Shown here one piece after another: positions 8,729 to 16,511 of a stretch of DNA of 64,000 bases. The notes beneath the pieces are model-generated. The model had not been told where the DNA came from and did not search any database. It worked only from the letters and a program-made list of their open reading frames with translations. The stretch's first letter is position 1, and each line of letters begins with the position of its first letter. The stretch covers positions 1-64,000 of the IMG/VR virus record IMGVR_UViG_3300046787_000099; one strand, given 5' to 3'. The stretch is from a virus. The translations under genes and the position numbers were made by a program.

Positions 8729-8736
8729 TAACTTTG
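8729..8736 (+). promoter_or_regulatory. Bacteroidota-type -7 element (TAACTTTG) for the glycosyltransferase operon
   Basis: TAnnTTTG match about 20 nt upstream of the ATG at 8757, in a 56-bp divergent gap. Confidence 0.55.
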
Positions 8737-8756
8737 AACAGACCAACAAAAATATC

Positions 8757-9704
8757 ATGAAAGAAGTTTGCTTAAATCTAAGCGAATGTCCAGCTCTTGG
8801 AGACCTTATCTGTGCTACACCTACAATAAGAAAACTCTCTGAAGCTTATGAACAGCCCATCACTGTGGTAAGTCCTATACCAGAACTGTTCAAGAATCTT
8901 CCATACGTCAAAGCTAGTTACAAAGCATCATCAATTGATTGGGATTATTTCAATCAACACTTCATCATGCACAACTCATTTACCAATGTAGGTAAGAAGA
9001 ATGAGAGAGGTGTAGAGATGAAGCATAACACCATGGACATACGTCAGTATCATGCTGTACAACTTGGTTTTATGTTGAACAGTCAGGAATTACATTGTGA
9101 CTACATTCCTACAGAGTATTTTAAGATTAGTATACCCCAAAAGTATATACTCATACATCCTGTACAGACATGGGCTAACAGAACGTGGGCTGCTGAGAAA
9201 TGGATGGCTCTAGTTAAGAAGCTCAATGATGATGGAGTGTATGTGGTTAGCATAGGTAAAGACAGCAGTGAGAAGGGGTTCTTCAATGTGGACAAGCCTG
9301 TATTCAACTTTGATATTCCTTATGGTATGAATCTAATGAATCAAACCAGTATATCAGACTGCTATCATCTTATAAAGAATGCAGAATGTTTTATCACTAT
9401 GGACAGTGGGTTACTACATCTTGCTGGAACTACAACCACTCCCATCATACATTTAGGTTCATCACTCAATCCTGATTTCAGAGCACCTTATAGATATGCT
9501 AGGCAATATGTTGATTACTCATATGTTAGAGGAACCTGTGATTTACAATGTTGTTCTAATATGAAGTATGGTGTAAAGGAATGGGGATCTATACAAGGTG
9601 TACAACCTTTGATAGGTTGCCTTGAGAATAAAGAAACGTTTGAATGTCATCCAGAAGTAGAAGAAGTTTATGAAGAAGTTATTAATCGTATCACCTCACT
9701 TTAG
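8757..9704 (+). CDS. GT9-like (heptosyltransferase-fold) glycosyltransferase with Cys-rich C-terminus
   Basis: ALGDLICATPTIRKL, NRTWAAEKW, FITMDSGLLHLAG are GT9 motifs; likely start is ATG 8757 (the track starts at TTG 8706). Confidence 0.8.
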   Translation: MKEVCLNLSECPALGDLICATPTIRKLSEAYEQPITVVSPIPELFKNLPYVKASYKASSIDWDYFNQHFIMHNSFTNVGKKNERGVEMKHNTMDIRQYHAVQLGFMLNSQELHCDYIPTEYFKISIPQKYILIHPVQTWANRTWAAEKWMALVKKLNDDGVYVVSIGKDSSEKGFFNVDKPVFNFDIPYGMNLMNQTSISDCYHLIKNAECFITMDSGLLHLAGTTTTPIIHLGSSLNPDFRAPYRYARQYVDYSYVRGTCDLQCCSNMKYGVKEWGSIQGVQPLIGCLENKETFECHPEVEEVYEEVINRITSL

Positions 9705-12282
9705 TACAGGAGGAGCACCACAGGTAACACTTAACAAGGTGGAACTACTCAAGGATCACTTTGATATCATGGTGGTTGAGTATTCATTCCTTGCATGGAA
9801 CTTTGTGGTTCAACGTAACAAGGTGATTGATATACTAGGTAAGAACTTTATCTCTCTAGGTGAAGATAAACTATCTGGTATCAAAGATGTGGTGGAAGGA
9901 TTCCAACCTGATGTCATATCTATGGAAGAGTTTCCTGAGATGTTCATGGGTGGCGAAGTGGCGAAGTGGCTATACTCCAAAGATAGAACATACAAGATTG
10001 TAGAGACTACACATGACAGCTCATTCAATCCTAAGGATAAAGTGTGGATGCCTGACAAGTTTGTGTTTGTTAGTGCATACAATATGTTTAAGTATGCTCA
10101 TCTAGATGTACCTATGGAGGTGATTGAATACCCTATAGATACAGAAGTGAGGATCCGTAAGTCCACTGATACAAAACATGTAGTGATTGTAGGACTCTGG
10201 ACACAACGTAAGAACCAAGGCTATGTTATTGAACTAGCTAAGAAGCTAATCAACTACGATATCAAGTTTCACTTCCTAGGTAATCAAGCAGGTAACTTTG
10301 AGAACTACTGGAAGCCATTGATGGAAGACCTACCTGAGAACTGTATAGTACATGGTGAGGTGGATAATGTTACTGAGTGGATCAAAGACTCTGATCTATT
10401 CTTGTTCCCATCTAAGGGTGATAGAGGTAACAAGGAACTTAATCCTATTGCAATTAAGGAAGCATTGAAATATCCTAGCCTACCTAAGCTAATATTTAAC
10501 TTAGATGTGTATTGCAACAAGTACAACAACTATGAAGATGTAAGCTACTTAACTGGTGATGCAACCACTGACAGTATTAACATGGTGGTTTCACTAAACC
10601 TAAAGCCCATCACCAAAGAGATTATTGTCATAGGTACATATCCTAACACTGATGTTAGATCACAGCTAACTGTTGATTGTATCACTGCTGCTAGGAAACT
10701 AGAAAGACCAATCATGCTGCTTAGTCACTATCCTGTACGTGATGATGTACAAGCAATGGTAGATTACTATGTATATGATGCACAAAATCCTCTAACACAC
10801 CACAGCTATTACAATCGTTTCACTCGTAGAACAGATGACATAACTGTAGAGATGAGAATAGAGGGTAATAGCAATCAGTCTCTTACAGTGCTAACTAATT
10901 TAGTTAATGGTGCTAAGGCTGCTAAGAGCTTTGGATTTAATAAGATGTGTTACATCACCTTTGATATCATCATTGATCCTCTTGATCATCATGAGATAGA
11001 GAAAGGATTTGCTAAGATAGATCACGAATGGAAAGCACGTCTAGCAACTCTTAACACTCCATTTGGTAAAGGTGTAAGCACCAACTGCATGTTCTTTGAT
11101 ACAAGCTTTGTTACTAAGCTGATAGATGATGTACGTGATCCAGAAGAATACAATGCCCTGTGTAAATCTATAGGGGCTCAGAACTTCTTGGAAGACTACA
11201 TGATCAAGAAGGTGGAAAGAACGTCAGGAGTATGGGTAGAGTATCCTGAAGAAGGAACATTCTTAAAGCATACAGGAGATGGTGTATCATCTAACAGTGA
11301 GTATGCTGGTATTCTTAACTATGAGAGATGGGATATTAACTACTTCTATTTCTATACATACAATGAGAATCTTTCAATGTATCACATGTATGCATACGAT
11401 AAGGACGGATATTCATTGCCTAACTATTCATTCAAGGAAAGAGAACTATATCTACAATTAGGTCATGATACACACAAAGTAGAATTAGTAGCAGATGATA
11501 ATAGTTCTACGAGAGTGTTCTTTGTAGACCAACCATCAGGTAGTATTGTAGTTAGAGAAGGAGAGCAACCAACTTACAGACCAAAGATTAAATTAGTACA
11601 TATACAAACAACACTAAACGATGATAGAGAAAGATTATCTAGAACGTCGCTGGAACAAGTACGAGATTACGGATGGGAGTACATCATCCACACGAATATC
11701 CCTTATACCAGCCTCCCACCCAAGCATAACTGTAACAGGCCACAAGCAGTCTCAATGGAGTTATTCGATGAGGATGAAGTCCAAAGAAGAGGCACAGCTC
11801 TTACACCAGCACACTACGGTTGCTATGAAGCCTTCAGGAATGCAATCCTAGCAGAGTTTGATGATTGTGACTATCTGATTGTATGTGAAGGAGATTGTTT
11901 GATAGAAGGAGATGTTGGAAAATTCATACAAAAAGTGGAGAAATGTGCTTTACTGTTGGATGATTGCAACATTAAGATTATGTCATTTGGTGATAAAGAT
12001 ACACTAGAGTTTGGATGGCCTCAGAGTCCTGTAGTTGAAGAAGTGAATGATGATATGTACATCACAAACCATTTGATAGGATTGCAATGCATTATGTTCC
12101 CAGCTAGTGTAAGTAGATCACTCAAGCATGTTCTATGTACACACAAATGGGATGCTGCTGATTTGTATTTCAATATAATATTCAGTGGTGAAAACATGGG
12201 TATTGTACATGAACGTTTGACAACACAAGCAGATGGTTACTCACTGATTGATAAACAAGAGAAGACATTCAGGAAGAAATGA
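9670..12282 (+). CDS. Multidomain glycosyltransferase: GT4-like N-terminus, unassigned middle domain, GT25-like GT-A C-terminus
   Basis: STGGAPQV..RKNQ..SDLFLFPS..ELNPIAIKEAL (GT4); HYGCYEAFRNAI..DYLIVCEGDC..ADLYF (GT25-like). Confidence 0.75.
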   Translation: MKKLLIVSPHFSTGGAPQVTLNKVELLKDHFDIMVVEYSFLAWNFVVQRNKVIDILGKNFISLGEDKLSGIKDVVEGFQPDVISMEEFPEMFMGGEVAKWLYSKDRTYKIVETTHDSSFNPKDKVWMPDKFVFVSAYNMFKYAHLDVPMEVIEYPIDTEVRIRKSTDTKHVVIVGLWTQRKNQGYVIELAKKLINYDIKFHFLGNQAGNFENYWKPLMEDLPENCIVHGEVDNVTEWIKDSDLFLFPSKGDRGNKELNPIAIKEALKYPSLPKLIFNLDVYCNKYNNYEDVSYLTGDATTDSINMVVSLNLKPITKEIIVIGTYPNTDVRSQLTVDCITAARKLERPIMLLSHYPVRDDVQAMVDYYVYDAQNPLTHHSYYNRFTRRTDDITVEMRIEGNSNQSLTVLTNLVNGAKAAKSFGFNKMCYITFDIIIDPLDHHEIEKGFAKIDHEWKARLATLNTPFGKGVSTNCMFFDTSFVTKLIDDVRDPEEYNALCKSIGAQNFLEDYMIKKVERTSGVWVEYPEEGTFLKHTGDGVSSNSEYAGILNYERWDINYFYFYTYNENLSMYHMYAYDKDGYSLPNYSFKERELYLQLGHDTHKVELVADDNSSTRVFFVDQPSGSIVVREGEQPTYRPKIKLVHIQTTLNDDRERLSRTSLEQVRDYGWEYIIHTNIPYTSLPPKHNCNRPQAVSMELFDEDEVQRRGTALTPAHYGCYEAFRNAILAEFDDCDYLIVCEGDCLIEGDVGKFIQKVEKCALLLDDCNIKIMSFGDKDTLEFGWPQSPVVEEVNDDMYITNHLIGLQCIMFPASVSRSLKHVLCTHKWDAADLYFNIIFSGENMGIVHERLTTQADGYSLIDKQEKTFRKK

Positions 12283-12947
12283 AAGCAGACGTAATCATAC
12301 TGACAGACAATACAGACATAGAGAGAACCAAACAAACTATTGACTCTCTAAAGAATGCTGAGGATATATTCAGAATCATTCTGGTATCTACTGGTGATCA
12401 TGTAGAATATGCAGGAGTTTCTGTATATTGCCCTATACATGAACCGTTTAATTACAATAGATATCTAAACAAAGCATTCAAGTATACAATGCATGACTGG
12501 GTTGTTATCTCTAATGATGATGTAAGCTATCATCCAAGATGGTTTACTGAGATGATGAAGGTGTATAGAAAGAACTCAGACATAGAATGCTTCTCTCCTA
12601 CAGATGATGTGTTGCAGAAGCTGTGGTTTCCTGACTTATTTAGTGATGAGCAAGAGTATGTTGATGGGTATGAGGTGACAAAGATGCTACAAGGATGGTC
12701 AATCACTATCAAGAGATCAGCACTTAACTCTATACTACCACTAGATGAACAGTTTGATATGTATTATCAAGACAATGATTTTGCTGAGCTGTTAAAGAAA
12801 GAACGTATAGGTCATGCTATTGTAAGAAAAGCAAAGGCCAATCACCAACAGACACACTCAATAGGAATGCCTATGAGTGAAGACAAGCTAACAAAGTTAG
12901 CAGAAGACGAAAAGAAATTTAGAACCAAGTGGAACATATGGACATAG
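12279..12947 (+). CDS. GT2-like (GT-A) glycosyltransferase
   Basis: FNYNRYLN, WVVISNDDV (DxD-like), LDEQFDMYYQDND motifs. Confidence 0.8.
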   Translation: MKADVIILTDNTDIERTKQTIDSLKNAEDIFRIILVSTGDHVEYAGVSVYCPIHEPFNYNRYLNKAFKYTMHDWVVISNDDVSYHPRWFTEMMKVYRKNSDIECFSPTDDVLQKLWFPDLFSDEQEYVDGYEVTKMLQGWSITIKRSALNSILPLDEQFDMYYQDNDFAELLKKERIGHAIVRKAKANHQQTHSIGMPMSEDKLTKLAEDEKKFRTKWNIWT

Positions 12948-13951
12948 TACAAGTTGCAACAGGACTAATCACAATACCACCAAACGGTTGGGGTGCTGTA
13001 GAACGAATCATCTGGGAGTACAAGACTAATCTTGAGAACTTAGGGATGAATGTAAGTATCAAGTATCCTAACGAGGTAGAGAAGAAAGATAATCAGATTG
13101 TACATTGTCACATGGCTAATACAGCTATTGAGATGAGAGACAGAGATATCCCCTACATCTATTCTCTACATGATCACCATGCTGAATACTATGGTAAAGG
13201 GAGTGGTGTGTACAACATCAACCTAGAAGCTATCAAAGGATCTGTTATATCTATCTGTCACAGTGAACACATTGTTGATTACTTTACTGAGACAGACAAA
13301 CTGTTCTATCTACCACATGGTGTGAACACAGATTTCTTTAAGCCATCAGATAAGGTGGTACATGATCACAGCTTGTTGATGATTGCTAACAACGGTATAG
13401 CTGGTGATAGTACAATTGATCGTAAAGGATTTAGATACGGGATAGAAGCAGCTAAGAGATTGAACTTACCTATCACTATAGCAGGACCAGAGAACAACAA
13501 AGCATTCTTTGAGGGACATAAGGATCTATTGGAGTATGAAAAGTTAACTCTTAAGTTAACAAATCCTACAGATAATGAAACTCTTAAGTTATATCAAGAC
13601 CACACCATCTTCCTAGCACCATCATTCTTAGAATACGGACATCCTAACTTATCCATACTAGAAGCAATGAGTTGTGGATTACCTATTGTTGGTACATCCA
13701 ATGTTACACTACCAGGAATGTATAACCTAGTAGAGAACACAACACAAGCTGTGGTTACAGGCATACAGTTCACTTGTGGTAAGTATGGAACTGTAAGACA
13801 AGAACAACTAGATCAACGTATTAACCATGACTGGTTAGTTATCTGTAGAGAAAGACTTAGCAAGATGTACAATGCAATATCAGTAATTGGTCAGAAGTGG
13901 ACATCAGAAGATACAACACAAGCTTACATAAACACTTATGCTAAAATATAA
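12938..13951 (+). CDS. GT4-like (GT-B) glycosyltransferase
   Basis: IPPNGWGAVERII, HGVNTDFF, RKG, EYGHPNLSILEAMSCGLPIV; likely start ATG 12938. Confidence 0.85.
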   Translation: MDIVQVATGLITIPPNGWGAVERIIWEYKTNLENLGMNVSIKYPNEVEKKDNQIVHCHMANTAIEMRDRDIPYIYSLHDHHAEYYGKGSGVYNINLEAIKGSVISICHSEHIVDYFTETDKLFYLPHGVNTDFFKPSDKVVHDHSLLMIANNGIAGDSTIDRKGFRYGIEAAKRLNLPITIAGPENNKAFFEGHKDLLEYEKLTLKLTNPTDNETLKLYQDHTIFLAPSFLEYGHPNLSILEAMSCGLPIVGTSNVTLPGMYNLVENTTQAVVTGIQFTCGKYGTVRQEQLDQRINHDWLVICRERLSKMYNAISVIGQKWTSEDTTQAYINTYAKI

Positions 13952-15002
13952 TTTCTATTTGATTGATGGGTTGTTCTTTGAACTAGTGAGTGTATGGGAC
14001 AATAATGAGTACACAGTTGCCTTTGTAGAGGAGATAAATGGACAACGTATAGAATTGTATTCCACTACACTAAAGCAGGGCATGTGGATGAAATATGATA
14101 GGAGATACTTAGGTAACTACTATGTAGAGATTAGAACACAAGCAGGTGTACTGAAAGATCGAATCAGTCTATTACAAGAACTAAAAGGTAAGAAGGTGTT
14201 CATTAGCTATGAGTCTAGCTCACTAGGAGATACCATAGCTTGGATCCCTTATTGCTTAGATTTCAAGAAGAAATACATGTGTGATGTGGTTGTGTCCTCA
14301 TTCAAGAACTTCCTGTTTGAATCAGTGTATCCTGAACTAGAGTTTGTAGGTAGAGGAGAAAAAGTGGAGAACATCGTAGCAATGATAGAACTAGGATGGT
14401 TCTGGGAGAGCAACAAAGAACCTGTCAATCCTGTAACTGTACCATTACAGCAGACAGCATGTAACATATTACATCTACCATACAAAGAGATAAGACCAAG
14501 GATTGTTGATCTACCAGGAGTGCTACTAGAAAATGATAGGTATGTTTGTATATCTACAAAGAGTACAGCTGAGTGTAAGCACTGGGACAAATGGCCTGAG
14601 TTAATCCAAAGACTAAAAGATCAAGGATACAGAGTGATAGAACTATCTAAGGAAGCAGATGATTTTGGTGCAGAGAAACTAGAGAACACTTCTCTAGACA
14701 GTGTTATGAATCACCTTCGTGGATGTGAGTTCTATATAGGACTGTCTAGTGGGATAAGCTGGTTAGCTTGGGCTGTCAATACACAGGTGGTAATGATTGC
14801 TAACTTCACAGAAGCTAACCACGAGTTCGAATGCATTCGTGTAGAGAATAGATCTGTGTGTAATGGATGTTGGAACAACCCTATGTTTAGATTCAACAAG
14901 GGAGATTGGAACTGGTGTCCAGAACATGAAGATACTCCTAGACAGTTTGAATGCCATAGGAGTATCTCTGTTGATGATGTAATTAAGAAATTACCAATCT
15001 AG
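13938..15002 (+). CDS. Aah/TibC-like autotransporter O-heptosyltransferase homologue (protein O-glycosyltransferase)
   Basis: SLGDTIAWIPY, FYIGLSSGISWLAWAV and the Cys cluster VCNGCWN..RF..GDWNWCPEH..RQFECHRSI resemble Aah/TibC signatures. Confidence 0.8.
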   Translation: MLKYNFYLIDGLFFELVSVWDNNEYTVAFVEEINGQRIELYSTTLKQGMWMKYDRRYLGNYYVEIRTQAGVLKDRISLLQELKGKKVFISYESSSLGDTIAWIPYCLDFKKKYMCDVVVSSFKNFLFESVYPELEFVGRGEKVENIVAMIELGWFWESNKEPVNPVTVPLQQTACNILHLPYKEIRPRIVDLPGVLLENDRYVCISTKSTAECKHWDKWPELIQRLKDQGYRVIELSKEADDFGAEKLENTSLDSVMNHLRGCEFYIGLSSGISWLAWAVNTQVVMIANFTEANHEFECIRVENRSVCNGCWNNPMFRFNKGDWNWCPEHEDTPRQFECHRSISVDDVIKKLPI

Positions 15003-15189
15003 CACTTGGTGTATTAGTACCTATGCTAACATTACCACTAGAGGTAATACGCATACGTTCTACACCAATGCTTGTGTCTGCATTACTAGTCTTTGCAGGT
15101 AGTACTAACTTCTCTGACTTAAGGTCAGAAAGAATCATGCCACTACCAGCAAGCACACCTAATGTTTTGATAAAGTCAATCCGCTTCAT
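14983..15189 (-). CDS. 68-aa protein: Tat-like leader plus one tail-fibre repeat unit
   Basis: MKRIDFIKTLGVLAG; ERMRITSSGNVSIGTNTPSARL; convergent overlap with the GT gene end. Confidence 0.5.
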   Translation of the reverse strand: MKRIDFIKTLGVLAGSGMILSDLKSEKLVLPAKTSNADTSIGVERMRITSSGNVSIGTNTPSARLVIS

Positions 15190-15191
15190 AG

Positions 15192-15656
15192 CTATACTTC
15201 CTCTGTAGGAGTGACCTCAGCTACTTCTTCAGCTTCTATTAACTTAAGAAATACATCATAGCGTCCTTCAGACTTAACATCCTTGATGTCTTCTAATGTA
15301 ACAACAGGATGTTCAATCTCTTTCTGTTCAGCTAGTAATGTATTGTACTCTTGAACAAACTGTCCGAACTTAGGATTGGATACAGTCTTAGCTTCATCTA
15401 AGAACGGTGCAATAAAGATGGCTCCATCTTTCTCTTCACCATATTTCTTGATAAGCTCATCACGTAATCCATCTACTACCTTCTTATCTGTAGAAATTGA
15501 ATCTACTAGTTTAGATAAACGATACTTGATAACTAGGTTGATGTTTTCTGACAACAATCCTTTAAGAGCAACTTCTCCAGTTTGCTGATTAGTTAAACCA
15601 CTGATCTCTGATTCCAGAGTAATGATTTCTGCAAGGGTTAATTTAGTCTTCTTCAT
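15192..15656 (-). CDS. Helical hypothetical protein, possible tail-fibre accessory (DUF1617-like)
   Basis: YRLSKL..RDELIKKYGE..F..EY..LL pattern; likely start MKKTKL at 15656. Confidence 0.45.
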   Translation of the reverse strand: MKKTKLTLAEIITLESEISGLTNQQTGEVALKGLLSENINLVIKYRLSKLVDSISTDKKVVDGLRDELIKKYGEEKDGAIFIAPFLDEAKTVSNPKFGQFVQEYNTLLAEQKEIEHPVVTLEDIKDVKSEGRYDVFLKLIEAEEVAEVTPTEEV

Positions 15657-15674
15657 TTTATGTTGATTTATTAG

Positions 15675-15682
15675 CAAATATA
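15675..15682 (-). promoter_or_regulatory. Bacteroidota-type -7 element (TATATTTG)
   Basis: TAnnTTTG match upstream of the ATG at 15656. Confidence 0.45.
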
Positions 15683-15691
15683 ACTATAAAA

Positions 15692-16048
15692 CTATTCAGG
15701 TGCAACAGTTGTCGTAGTAGTGGTTGTACTAGGCTCTTCTGTTGTTGTGCTAGTTGTAGTTGTAGGTACTGGTGGAACATACTCTCCTGTAATAGTTAAG
15801 TTAAGTTGTTCTGCAATCCAATCCCATGCATAAGCATCTTGTGACCACTCAGCATAAGCTTCACCTGTCATAGATAAGTTACCTTGAGCAACTTGCATTC
15901 CTACATTACCATCTTCTGTTTCAGCAAACAAACCATACCAGAATGTAGCAGATGTATTCAATGTTACATTCACTGCATATGAGTTAAGGATAACTGCTTG
16001 TTGTACTACTCCGTTGTCCCATACTGGAACTGCTTCAATTGTTTTCAT
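15692..16048 (-). CDS. Tail-fibre-associated small protein with poly-Thr C-terminal tail
   Basis: Downstream of the fibre; ends PPVPTTTTSTTTEEPSTTTTTTTVAPE. Confidence 0.6.
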   Translation of the reverse strand: MKTIEAVPVWDNGVVQQAVILNSYAVNVTLNTSATFWYGLFAETEDGNVGMQVAQGNLSMTGEAYAEWSQDAYAWDWIAEQLNLTITGEYVPPVPTTTTSTTTEEPSTTTTTTTVAPE

Positions 16049-16075
16049 ATTTTTTTATTTTAAAGTTACTAATAA

Positions 16076-16510
16076 TTATGGACAATATGTTTGTCCTGAC
16101 ACGATTTGTATTGATCCGTTATATCCTGCAGGTAATGTAGTTTGGTTAATTCCATTATAATAATAGAACACAGGGCTACCACTAGGTAATACATAACGTT
16201 GACCTGTACCTAATACAGGGTTTATCTTTGTCCAAGCAGCAGCACCACCAGAACAGTTATTAAGCTGATAGTATGTAGCTGCTACAGCAACTAGATTACT
16301 CTTAACAACCAATTGATTATCTGTCTTTCCTGATAAAGGAGATGTCTGAATATCTACTGTTGTTAATGCACCAAGCTTTGTCACCTCTCTATTGCTAGGT
16401 ATTCCAGGAGGTGGTATCAATCCAATCTGTATGAAGATGTTGTTGTTAACAGCATCCTGAAGATTAGCCCAGCTTACACACTGATTATTTGCTATTGTTG
16501 ACCAAGGCAT
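16076..16510 (-). CDS. Putative virion fibre-associated protein
   Basis: 144 aa, starts 1 nt after the fibre stop; Cys-containing beta-rich C-terminal domain. Confidence 0.55.
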   Translation of the reverse strand: MPWSTIANNQCVSWANLQDAVNNNIFIQIGLIPPPGIPSNREVTKLGALTTVDIQTSPLSGKTDNQLVVKSNLVAVAATYYQLNNCSGGAAAWTKINPVLGTGQRYVLPSGSPVFYYYNGINQTTLPAGYNGSIQIVSGQTYCP

Positions 16511-16511
16511 A

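Noticed and set aside
8757-15002. GT cluster as a DNA-hypermodification system
   Set aside because: Not excluded, but disfavoured: no base-modifying partner genes in the window, a late-region location and an Aah/TibC-like member
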